Assembly: GCA_965234725.1 (NCBI GenBank)
Contig: CBDDUX010000027.1
Coordinates: 1-64,000 of the forward strand
Length of the DNA stretch: 64,000 nucleotides
DNA from: Thermoplasmatota archaeon
Lineage (GTDB): Archaea > Thermoplasmatota > Penumbrarchaeia > Penumbrarchaeales > Penumbrarchaeaceae
Reading direction: 5' to 3'
Shown: in pieces, positions 32,702-41,983 of the stretch
How positions within the stretch are numbered: the stretch's first letter is position 1
Layout of the letters: the number at the start of each line of letters is the position of its first letter
Position numbers and translations under genes: made by a program
The notes under the pieces: generated by a model
Databases searched by the model: none
Seen by the model: the letters and a program-made list of their open reading frames with translations, nothing else
What the model was told of the DNA's origin: nothing

Positions 32702-35611
32702 ATGTCGGAATATGATCCCCATGCGATGGAGGCCAAATGGCAGAAGAGATGGGAACAGGAAGATATCTTTACACCGGAGGGTCCGACCAGCGGTGATGAT
32801 AAAAAATTCTTCCTGATCTTCGCCTATCCGGGTATTTCCGGATATCTGCATGTGGGACACATGAGGGGTTTCACCTATGCGGATGTGATAACCCGATACA
32901 AAAGGGTGACCGGCCACGATGTCCTGTTCCCAGTCGGGTTCCATGCCTCAGGTATCCCGGCAATTGCCCTTGCAAAGAAGATCGAGAGGAAGGACAAAAA
33001 GACAATGGACTATCTACTCAAGAACGGGTGTCCACCTGAAAGACTGAAGGAACTCCATGATGTTGACAAACTGATAGATTTCTTCTCACATGTTTACATC
33101 GAAGAGTACTGGAAGAGGTTCGGTTTCGGTATGGACTTTTCCAGGTGTATGTCAACCGTATCTCCCGGATATATGCGTTTCATCACATGGCAGTTCCATA
33201 CGTTGAACGATCTGGGATATCTTATCACCAAACCGCATTATGCCCCTTACTGTCCAAATTGCGGACCTGTTGCAGTAGATTCGTCCATGACGGATATCTC
33301 ACAAGGTGGTAGTGCCGAATCCCAGGAGTTCACGGTCCTGAAGTTCAGACTGGGTGATGGAAGGGTCCTACCAGCTGCAACTCTGAGACCGGAGACGGTC
33401 TTCGGAGTTACCAACATGTGGCTGCATCCGGATGTGGAATACATCGAAGCAGGAGTTCTTGATGAGAAATGGGTGGTATCTCCGGAGGCTTTCGAGAAGC
33501 TCAAATACCAGATGGAGGGAAGGGGGGAGGTATTCGAGGTTTCAAGGATCAAAGGGTCAGAACTCATTGGAAAGGTATGTGCCACACCTGTCGGTGTGGA
33601 AGTGCCCATCCTTCCAGGAACATTTGTTGACCCTTCGGTTGCAACAGGTGTCGTGATGTCTGTCCCTGCCCATGCACCTTTTGACTGGATCGCCCTGAAG
33701 GATGTTCAGAATGAGCTGAGGGAAGGAAAGAACGAAATGGGTCTTGATAGGGAAAAAGTGTTGGAACTGACCCCGATCACCCTGATCCAGGCAAGGAAGG
33801 AGTTTACCGAGGATCCGGCTGGACAGATCTGCATGGAGATGAAGATCGCAGACCAGAACGATTCGGCGAAACTGGAGGAAGCGACCAAGTCCATCTACAA
33901 GGAGGAGTTCCATTCCGGGACATTGATGGAGATATGCGGCGAATACTCCGGTCTTAAGGTCTCCCAGATAAAGGATACTCTCAGGGTTGACTTCATTGAA
34001 AAGGGTCTTGCCGATGTATTCCATGAGTTCTCGGAACCCGTGATCTGCAGATGCGGGGGGAATGTCCTGATCAAGAGGATCCCTGATCAGTGGTTCATCA
34101 ATTACTCGAAAAAGGAATGGACCGAACAGGCCAAGGAACATGCGTTAAGGATGAACATCTCTCCCGAAGAATATCAAAGGGATCTTCCCGCTGTCCTGGA
34201 TTGGTTCGGAGATAGGGCATGTATCAGGAGAGGCTCGTGGCTTGGAACCCAGTTCCCGTACAAGAAGGATTGGACGATAGAACCCATATCAGATTCCACA
34301 CTCTATCCGACCTATTACACCATTTCCGGATATGTGAATGACGGCTCATTAAAAGTGGAATGGATGGATGATGCATTTTTCAATTATATTTTCAGAGGGA
34401 AGGGTGAGATCTCGGATTTCCCGGAGGAAAGAAGAGAGATAGTATCCCGTTGCAGGAAGGATTTCCTTTACTGGTATCCTCTTGATATCAACCTGGGAGG
34501 CAAAGAGCACAAGACAGTCCATTTCCCGGTTTTCCTCATGAACCATGTTGCGATCCTGAACCAGGAGCACTGGCCCAGGGGTATTTATGTACACTGGTGG
34601 GTAACAATGTCAGGTGGGGACAAGATATCCAAGACAAAAGGCGGGGCGGAACCGATCCCGGAAGCCATCGAAAAGTATGGAGTGGACGCCATGAGGTTAT
34701 ATTACTGCCATGTGGGGTCCTCCGCAATGGATGTGGAATGGGTCGAAGAGACAGTATCCCATTACAAGACAAGGATGAAGAAGGTCTTCGAGCAGATGGA
34801 TGAACTCTTTGAAATGGAACAGGATATTGAGACGGATGTTGATCCATGGTTAGTGTCGATGATGGCAAGGAGACTCACATCACTGAACGATGCAATGGAG
34901 ATCGGAGGATTCAGGGAAGCCTCCAATATCATATATTTCACAGTCCCAGGGGACATGAAATGGTACCTGAAGAGGGGTGGAAAGAACAGGACCCTCCTCC
35001 GAGAGATGATAGGTGTGTGGGCAAGGATGTTGCAGCCTTTCACACCTCATCTGGCTGAGGAGATATGGGAGCGGATAGGTGGAAGTGGTTACATCTCCCT
35101 TGCTTCCTGGCCGACCATTGAAAATGAACGGGTGGACGAGGGATCCCTGAAGAGAGAGGAATATGTGATCAAGCTCCTGGAGGACCTCAAGAGTATTAAG
35201 AAGATGAACGGAATTGAACCGAAAAGGATCCTTCTCTATACTGCCGCTGACTGGAAATGGGGCATCCTTGACTCATTGATAGAACAGGTCGAAAAAGGAG
35301 ATGGAAGGATTGATCCCGGAGAGATCATCAAACCCCTGATGTCCAGACCGGATCTGAACCCTTACAAGAAGGCGATCCCCAAGATGGTGGGCCGTCTGTC
35401 GAAAGATGTAGTCAAGCTAGGTCCGGAAGAAAAGGAGAAATTCCTGATACTGAGGGACGAATATGAATTGCTCCACACACTTGCCGATTTCCTTTCATCT
35501 GAGATGGGTTGTGTTCTGAAGGTTTTCAGAGAGGACGATCCCGAGAAGGAGGACCCGATCGGTAAGGCACAGGTATCCACTCCTCTGAAACCAGGGATAT
35601 TCATGGAATGA
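32702..35611 (+). CDS. leuS: Leucyl-tRNA synthetase, archaeal/eukaryotic type
   Basis: HIGH-like GYLHVGH, editing-domain ATLRPETVFGVTN and TGVVMSVPAHAPFD, IEPISDSTLY, KMSKS-like KISKT, terminal PLKPGIFME. Confidence 0.96.
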   Translation: MSEYDPHAMEAKWQKRWEQEDIFTPEGPTSGDDKKFFLIFAYPGISGYLHVGHMRGFTYADVITRYKRVTGHDVLFPVGFHASGIPAIALAKKIERKDKKTMDYLLKNGCPPERLKELHDVDKLIDFFSHVYIEEYWKRFGFGMDFSRCMSTVSPGYMRFITWQFHTLNDLGYLITKPHYAPYCPNCGPVAVDSSMTDISQGGSAESQEFTVLKFRLGDGRVLPAATLRPETVFGVTNMWLHPDVEYIEAGVLDEKWVVSPEAFEKLKYQMEGRGEVFEVSRIKGSELIGKVCATPVGVEVPILPGTFVDPSVATGVVMSVPAHAPFDWIALKDVQNELREGKNEMGLDREKVLELTPITLIQARKEFTEDPAGQICMEMKIADQNDSAKLEEATKSIYKEEFHSGTLMEICGEYSGLKVSQIKDTLRVDFIEKGLADVFHEFSEPVICRCGGNVLIKRIPDQWFINYSKKEWTEQAKEHALRMNISPEEYQRDLPAVLDWFGDRACIRRGSWLGTQFPYKKDWTIEPISDSTLYPTYYTISGYVNDGSLKVEWMDDAFFNYIFRGKGEISDFPEERREIVSRCRKDFLYWYPLDINLGGKEHKTVHFPVFLMNHVAILNQEHWPRGIYVHWWVTMSGGDKISKTKGGAEPIPEAIEKYGVDAMRLYYCHVGSSAMDVEWVEETVSHYKTRMKKVFEQMDELFEMEQDIETDVDPWLVSMMARRLTSLNDAMEIGGFREASNIIYFTVPGDMKWYLKRGGKNRTLLREMIGVWARMLQPFTPHLAEEIWERIGGSGYISLASWPTIENERVDEGSLKREEYVIKLLEDLKSIKKMNGIEPKRILLYTAADWKWGILDSLIEQVEKGDGRIDPGEIIKPLMSRPDLNPYKKAIPKMVGRLSKDVVKLGPEEKEKFLILRDEYELLHTLADFLSSEMGCVLKVFREDDPEKEDPIGKAQVSTPLKPGIFME

Positions 35612-35868
35612 TATCCTTTGGTCTTTGGGATGGATATCTCGCAAAATTGGAGTAGGATGTCAGAACAAAAGTATGTTTTGTAGGGGATGGGGTCGAAAAA
35701 ATATTCAAAACTGTTACAATATCAATAATGAGAATCTCTTTAGATTCTTTCAAGAGAGATTAAACTGAGTGAAAAAGTAAGGACTATGGCTCTGGGTCCA
35801 CTTTTATTTTCGACAGATTTAAAATCTTTTAGATCAATATATTCCATGGAATCTTGGGAGGCTCCGAA

Positions 35869-38800
35869 ATGCAAAAGAAAGTGGTATTTCTATTATCTTT
35901 ATTATTGCTAATGGGAACTTATTCATTCTTTCCATTAGATTTTCAAATTAATGCAGGATCTGAAAGGAAAACAAGGGGGTTTGTTGATTTCGAGATGGAC
36001 CTGAACATCTCCGATGCTTCGTTGGCAACGTACATCGGCGAGGCTGCAGGTGATGGTTCAGGGTGGTCTGTCTCTGGAGCGGGAGATGTGAACGGGGACG
36101 GATACGATGACATCCTCATCGGAGCATATAATAATGATGAGGGTGGGTCAAATGCGGGCCAGATATATCTTGTCCTGGGCCGGTCAACTGGTTGGAGCAT
36201 GGACATGAACCTATCCTCAGCGGATGCATCGTTCATCGGCGAGGCTGCAGATGATTGGGCAGGGAGATCGATCTCAGGAGCGGGGGATGTGAACGGTGAC
36301 GGATACGACGACATCCTCATCGGAGCATATAAGAACGATGAGGGGGGGTCAAATGCGGGCCAGACATATTTTGTCTTGGGCCGGTCAACTGGTTGGAGCA
36401 TGGATATGGACCTGGCCTCATCGGATGCATCGTTCATCGGCGAGGCTGCAGGTGATTTTTCAGGGGGTTCGGTCTCAGGAGCGGGAGATGTGAACGATGA
36501 CGGATACGATGATATCCTGATCGGAGCTTTTGGCAATGATGAGGGTGGGTCAAATGCGGGCCAGACATATCTTGTCCTGGGCCGATCAACCGGTTGGAGC
36601 ATGGATATGGACCTGGCCTCATCGGACGCGTCGTTCATCAGCGAGGCTGCAGGTGATAGTTCAGGGGGTTCGGTCTCAGGAGCGGGAGATGTGAACGGGG
36701 ACGGATACGACGACATCCTCGTAGGAGCTATTAATAACGATGAGGGTGGGTCAAATGCGGGCCAGACATATCTTGTCCTGGGTCGGTCGACGGGGTGGAG
36801 CATGGATATGGACCTATCCTCAGCGGATGCGTCGTTCATCGGCGAGGCTGCAAGTGATAATTCAGGGCTATCTGTCTCCGGCGCGGGAGATGTGAACGGG
36901 GACGGATACGATGATACCCTGATCGGAGCTTTTGGCAATGATGAGGGTGGGTCAAGTGCTGGCCAGACATATCTTGTCCTGGGCCGGTCAACCGGTTGGA
37001 GCATGGATATGGACCTGGCCTCATCGGACGCGTCGTTCATCGGCGAGGCTGCAGGTGATGGTTCAGGGTGGTCTGTCTCTGGAGCTGGTGACGTGAACGG
37101 TGACGGATACGACGACATCCTCGTAGGAGCTAATAATAACGATGAGGGTGGGTCAAATGCGGGCCAGACATATCTTGTCCTGGGTCGGTCGACGGGGTGG
37201 AGCATGGATATGGACCTATCCTCAGCGGATGCATCGTTCATCGGCGAGGCTGCAGGTGATGGTTCAGGGGGTTCGGTCTCAGGAGCGGGAGATGTGAACG
37301 GGGACGGATACGACGACATCCTCGTAGGAGCTAATAATAACGATGAGGGCGGGTATGATGCGGGCCAGACATACCTGATATCAGGCCTTGGTTATTCCGA
37401 ACCATTAGAGGTCTATTCGGTCGATCTCTACTCCGACTCAGGATTCTCAACACCCGCGACAGTTGCTGATATCGGGAGCACCATATACATCGAGGTTAAA
37501 GGTCTCGACAGCAATGCCTCCCATCAAGATACTGCCATTGTAAATATCACATTCAGGCCAGGGTCAGTTGGTTTGATAAGAGTTGCTTATATCGAAACGG
37601 GAAACAACACTGGAATATACAGGGGATTTTTCATCATTCCTCCAGGAACGATTTACCTCGATACCTTGAACTTCTCATCAAGAAAGGATCCCACAAAGTT
37701 TGCACACCTTTTCATTGATAACCCATTCAGGCCCACATCAATAAGCTCATTGAAGACCTACTATGATTCAGCATGTACAATTGAAGCGGACAAAGCAGAC
37801 CTTGAAGATACCTTCTACATTGAGGTTATCGGAACCGATGCAAATCCGGTTTCTCGGAACTTTGCTCTGGTGAACATCTCCTCCACATACAGCATGCCAC
37901 TCCGGATCCCAATTTTGCTCAATGAGACAGGGATCAATACGGGAGCATACCGCGGAGAATTTCAGGTACCTGAAACATTCGTGTGGTTCGAAAATATTGA
38001 GGTCGTTTCCTGCAGGGACCCAAGTTTTTACAGGAATATCAATGTCGACAAACCCTTCAGCCCCACAAGAATAGACTCCGTAAAAACATACTGGGATTCC
38101 ACCCATAGTAAAGAGATCAACAAGATACAACGGGAGGAAACATTGCATATCGAGGTGATAGGACAGGATGAGAATCCTCTGACAAGGGACTATGCTTTTG
38201 TCAATCTTACTTTTGAGAAAACAATACAACCCCCAATTTTAATGCTGCTCAAAGAAACTGGTTTACACACAGGCAACTATCGGAATGAATTTTTTATTCC
38301 AAACTCAACCGAGATGTTCGATAATATCTCTGTGATCTCAGCAAAGGACCCAACAAAGAATGCGAAGGTTATGGTATGTGAACTGGTGGAGATAGGACCA
38401 ACAGAACCAATAAGAATTGCAAATGAGGACGAAGAATATTCTGTTCAATATTCGAATATAGGTTTGGCAGATTTTTCAAGCTGGACATTTGAGATCATCG
38501 GAGATTGGTTATCATTCGATACAGGTACTCTAATATTATCTGGTACTCCAGAAAACGAAGATGTGGGAATCACGTCTGTAGCATTGAACCTAAGTGACGA
38601 TATCGGTCATTTCTCTTCGCAAAAGTTCTTGATATCTGTTGAGAATGCCAATCCGATCTTGACTGGGGAGAATCTTCTTGAGATTAACCAGGGAAAATAC
38701 TATGAAGTGGACTACGACTGTAATGATGATGGACAAGGCAATGTAACCTACCATCTTTCATCGAATGCTGAATGGCTCACAATGGATTATCTATCGGGTA

Positions 38801-40356
38801 TTATGAACGGAACACCTACAAATGATGATGTGGGAATTGTAACAGTCACTGTATCTGTGCATGACGGAAATGAAGGCTGGGATTCAAGACAGTTCGATAT
38901 CAAGGTAATCAATGTTAACGACCCTCCAATAATAATCACAAATGACACCCTGTCAGTCTATCAAAACGATCCATTCCTCAAGAATTATCAAGCTCTTGAA
39001 ATCGATTCCGGAGATGAGATCAAATGGAAACTCCATACCGATGCTGGCTTCCTTTCAATCGATTATGAAATGGGAACACTGTCCGGAAATCCAGGACCAA
39101 TGGATGTTGGGTCCTACTTCGTAAACGTTTCAGTCTGGGACCTTTCGGATGAGTTCGATTTCCATAACTTCACATTGGAGGTTCTGAACGTCAATGATGG
39201 ACCAGCATGGGTAGAATTTCCTGAAAATATTGATATCGTGCATGGAAAAACATATCTTTTCGACGTGAACGCAACAGATTATGATGGAGATACAACATAT
39301 TATTCCGTTTCATCAACACCGGATTCTGATATTACAATTGATGAAGATACTGGACAAATAAACTGGACAGCTGACATCCATATTTTCGAAAAAGCTCCTT
39401 TCAAACTTGAAGTAATTGTATCAGCCTGGGACGGAATTGTATTTGCCAACAGGACCTTTACTATCACGGTATTAGCTTCTCTACCCCCGGAGGTGGAGTT
39501 AATTGGTCCAGGGGATGGTGAAAAAGGGGCTTCTACCGGTGCAATTCTCAGCTGGGAAGGTACAGATCCCGAAGGAGAATCAATTACTTACGACATATAT
39601 CTTCACCAAACAGAGGTATTTGTCCAGGGATATCGAGAAGAAGCCATCTATGAAGAAGAATACGAGGGTACAAACATCACGCTCTCAGATCTGGATCCAG
39701 GAAAAACATACTTCTGGACAGTTATCCCAAATGACGGTTGTTCTAACGGTTTGTGCACTTCAGGAGTTATATCTTTCAGGGTTAACTACAAACCCACATT
39801 CAAGACCATCGAGGACCAGAAGATCTCAGCTGGAACTAATTTTAAATTCAAGATCTCCTGCACTGACCAGGATTCGGAGGACCTTCCCAATTTGAGATAT
39901 TCATTGATTGATGCTCCAGAAGGAATGACCCTTAACGCAGAAACTGGCATGATAAGATGGACCCCTAAGGGTGATCAGGCAATAATTCACACGGTTTCTG
40001 TTCAGATCTCGGATGGGATCGAAACGAATCAGGCAACATTCAGAGTGGAAGTAACCCAGGCAGAGAGTTCCTCATCTTCATTGTTCCTGATAATTATCAT
40101 TGCGGTAATAGTCGTCATCTTGCTTGCTCTTGGAATCTTCTTCTTTATAAAGAAGAAAAAGCAAATGGATGAAGCTGCTATCAAACGCGGTGAAGAAGAA
40201 AGAGCTGCTCTTGAGAAAGAGAAAGAAGACAATACTCCATCATACGAGGACCTCTACGGCGTTCCTGCTCCTGAAAAGAATGAAGATGGTATGACAACTT
40301 CAGAATTGAAAGACTATATTCACGAACAGATCGAAGATCTAAAAGGACAAGAATGA
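35869..40356 (+). CDS. Surface protein: 7-bladed FG-GAP (integrin-alpha-like) propeller, Ig/cadherin-like (He_PIG) domains, Fn3-like domain, TM anchor
   Basis: Seven copies of G.SVSGAGDVNGDGYDDIL.GA..NDEGG.NAGQ.Y; WLSFD..T..LSGTP repeats; C-terminal TM plus KKKK. Confidence 0.9.
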   Translation: MQKKVVFLLSLLLLMGTYSFFPLDFQINAGSERKTRGFVDFEMDLNISDASLATYIGEAAGDGSGWSVSGAGDVNGDGYDDILIGAYNNDEGGSNAGQIYLVLGRSTGWSMDMNLSSADASFIGEAADDWAGRSISGAGDVNGDGYDDILIGAYKNDEGGSNAGQTYFVLGRSTGWSMDMDLASSDASFIGEAAGDFSGGSVSGAGDVNDDGYDDILIGAFGNDEGGSNAGQTYLVLGRSTGWSMDMDLASSDASFISEAAGDSSGGSVSGAGDVNGDGYDDILVGAINNDEGGSNAGQTYLVLGRSTGWSMDMDLSSADASFIGEAASDNSGLSVSGAGDVNGDGYDDTLIGAFGNDEGGSSAGQTYLVLGRSTGWSMDMDLASSDASFIGEAAGDGSGWSVSGAGDVNGDGYDDILVGANNNDEGGSNAGQTYLVLGRSTGWSMDMDLSSADASFIGEAAGDGSGGSVSGAGDVNGDGYDDILVGANNNDEGGYDAGQTYLISGLGYSEPLEVYSVDLYSDSGFSTPATVADIGSTIYIEVKGLDSNASHQDTAIVNITFRPGSVGLIRVAYIETGNNTGIYRGFFIIPPGTIYLDTLNFSSRKDPTKFAHLFIDNPFRPTSISSLKTYYDSACTIEADKADLEDTFYIEVIGTDANPVSRNFALVNISSTYSMPLRIPILLNETGINTGAYRGEFQVPETFVWFENIEVVSCRDPSFYRNINVDKPFSPTRIDSVKTYWDSTHSKEINKIQREETLHIEVIGQDENPLTRDYAFVNLTFEKTIQPPILMLLKETGLHTGNYRNEFFIPNSTEMFDNISVISAKDPTKNAKVMVCELVEIGPTEPIRIANEDEEYSVQYSNIGLADFSSWTFEIIGDWLSFDTGTLILSGTPENEDVGITSVALNLSDDIGHFSSQKFLISVENANPILTGENLLEINQGKYYEVDYDCNDDGQGNVTYHLSSNAEWLTMDYLSGIMNGTPTNDDVGIVTVTVSVHDGNEGWDSRQFDIKVINVNDPPIIITNDTLSVYQNDPFLKNYQALEIDSGDEIKWKLHTDAGFLSIDYEMGTLSGNPGPMDVGSYFVNVSVWDLSDEFDFHNFTLEVLNVNDGPAWVEFPENIDIVHGKTYLFDVNATDYDGDTTYYSVSSTPDSDITIDEDTGQINWTADIHIFEKAPFKLEVIVSAWDGIVFANRTFTITVLASLPPEVELIGPGDGEKGASTGAILSWEGTDPEGESITYDIYLHQTEVFVQGYREEAIYEEEYEGTNITLSDLDPGKTYFWTVIPNDGCSNGLCTSGVISFRVNYKPTFKTIEDQKISAGTNFKFKISCTDQDSEDLPNLRYSLIDAPEGMTLNAETGMIRWTPKGDQAIIHTVSVQISDGIETNQATFRVEVTQAESSSSSLFLIIIIAVIVVILLALGIFFFIKKKKQMDEAAIKRGEEERAALEKEKEDNTPSYEDLYGVPAPEKNEDGMTTSELKDYIHEQIEDLKGQE
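35990..37380 (+). repeat. Seven near-identical 201-bp tandem repeats encoding FG-GAP blades
   Basis: ATC(G/A)GCGAGGCTGCA recurs at 36034, 36235, 36436, 36637, 36838, 37039 and 37240. Confidence 0.95.
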
Positions 40357-40542
40357 GGTGTTGAATTCCTGCTCGATTTTGCCTCTTCGTGCTAGAATTG
40401 CTCCTCTCATTTGCCAATATCGTTCCGATGGAAAGGACTTGAAGTGATTTCCTTCTTCCTCTCTCGAAAAGAACTGGCAACATTAGTAAATCTCAATAAA
40501 TATATTAATTACTGAAGCCATGTTATGTATGGTGGAAAATCA

Positions 40543-40752
40543 ATGATATTCAAGATTGTTCTTGAACCTTCCGAAGACGGTGGTTTTACTGTGTTTGTAC
40601 CTTCCCTTCCGGGATGTATTTCCGAAGGAGAAAACAGGGAGGAAGCTTTGGAAAATATCAAAGAAGCAATCGAATTATATCTTGAGCCTATAGAAGATGA
40701 TATGATACAGTTCGAATCAAGTGGTGGAGAATTGGCTGAATTGACGATTTGA
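40543..40752 (+). CDS. hicB: HicB-family antitoxin (short, no DNA-binding domain)
   Basis: EDGGFTVFVPSLPGCISEGENREEALENIKEAIELYLE. Confidence 0.9.
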   Translation: MIFKIVLEPSEDGGFTVFVPSLPGCISEGENREEALENIKEAIELYLEPIEDDMIQFESSGGELAELTI

Positions 40753-40762
40753 GGTTATTCTC

Positions 40763-40993
40763 ATGTCAAAAGTTCCCTCCATCAATTATGAGAAGGTGGT
40801 AAAAGCACTTCAAAGATCAGGTTTCATTGTTGTTAGACAGAAAGGAAGTCATATTAGGATGCAAAAGAGGATCGCTGAAGAGACTATCAAAATTACGATC
40901 CCAGCTCATAAACCAATAAAGAGGAGCACACTTTCATATATCATTAAAAGTGCTGGCCTATCTGTTGAGGATTTTCTAACATTATTACAATAG
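40763..40993 (+). CDS. hicA: HicA-family mRNA interferase toxin
   Basis: KALQRSGF.VVRQKGSH and IPAHK.IKRSTL..II..AGL. Confidence 0.9.
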   Translation: MSKVPSINYEKVVKALQRSGFIVVRQKGSHIRMQKRIAEETIKITIPAHKPIKRSTLSYIIKSAGLSVEDFLTLLQ

Positions 40994-41194
40994 AACCATG
41001 TTGTTGAAAAATCTTCCATTTGATCTTTTGGATGACCTTTCTTTTCCTGAGTTGGATACTTTTTAATTTCGATCATTGAACTGAAGGAGGATATTTTAAC
41101 TTCAGTCATCCATTTTTCAACTCTTTGAATTGTATTCTATTCTAATTTTAAGGTCCTAGGGAAATAATTTGAACTTTCATATCAATGCCTATTC

Positions 41195-41980
41195 ATGGAG
41201 CTTGTCAGAAAGGAAAGCAGAGAGGAGATCCAGTTCCTCAGAGAGGCCTATCTTGATTCCCTTCCTGAACCCACTGAGCTCTACCTGGAAATGCTGATGA
41301 AGAATGCAATTTCCTATCTGATCAAAATGGATGGAAAGGAAGCAGGGTATGCAATTGCAGGAGAGGATAGAGTCCTTTATGAATTCTATGTGGTACCTGA
41401 TCATATTCCAAAGACAGGTGAGATCTTTTCCAAGGTGTTGAAGGACCTTTCCATAAAGAAAGCCTTCTGCCAGTCTTTTGATAAACTGTATTACTCGATG
41501 TGTAAGAACCATTCTCAGAGAAAGAGTATCGTTGGACACCAGTTCAGAGAGATTCGGAAACCTGAAGGTAAGAGGTCTGAACTAAAACTAAATGAGAGAA
41601 CTGCGGGTCTGAAAGATCTTGATACGATCAGAAGATACAGAGAGGAGATATTCGATGACAGCGAGGTAGAAGATATCCCCTTCTATATCAACAAAGGATC
41701 AATCATAATCTTTGAAGAGAAAGATTGTGGATTTGCAGGTTACGGCCTGCTGAACAGGACCCTGCCTTCAAGGAACTGGTTCGATGTGGGAATGTATGTC
41801 CACCCGGATAAAAGGAAGAGTGGTTATGGGACATATATAATTCAGAGGATGATCGAAACGGCCAGATCCAACGGATGGAGACCTATTGCAGGATGTGGCT
41901 CATATAACAAGGCTTCAAAAAGGACCCTGGAAAAGGCAGGTTTCATCTCAAGATATGTTCTAATGGAGTTCGAATTCTGA
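41195..41980 (+). CDS. GNAT-family N-acetyltransferase (probably tandem GNAT)
   Basis: Acetyl-CoA motif VGMYVHPDKRKSGYGT and N.ASKRTLEKAGF. Confidence 0.8.
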   Translation: MELVRKESREEIQFLREAYLDSLPEPTELYLEMLMKNAISYLIKMDGKEAGYAIAGEDRVLYEFYVVPDHIPKTGEIFSKVLKDLSIKKAFCQSFDKLYYSMCKNHSQRKSIVGHQFREIRKPEGKRSELKLNERTAGLKDLDTIRRYREEIFDDSEVEDIPFYINKGSIIIFEEKDCGFAGYGLLNRTLPSRNWFDVGMYVHPDKRKSGYGTYIIQRMIETARSNGWRPIAGCGSYNKASKRTLEKAGFISRYVLMEFEF

Positions 41981-41983
41981 ATT

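Noticed and set aside
35943-37319. 458-aa antisense ORF
   Set aside because: It is a shadow of the FG-GAP tandem repeats on the opposite strand.
35990-37380. Diversity-generating retroelement as a called feature
   Set aside because: No reverse transcriptase or template repeat is in the window, and several variants involve non-A positions.
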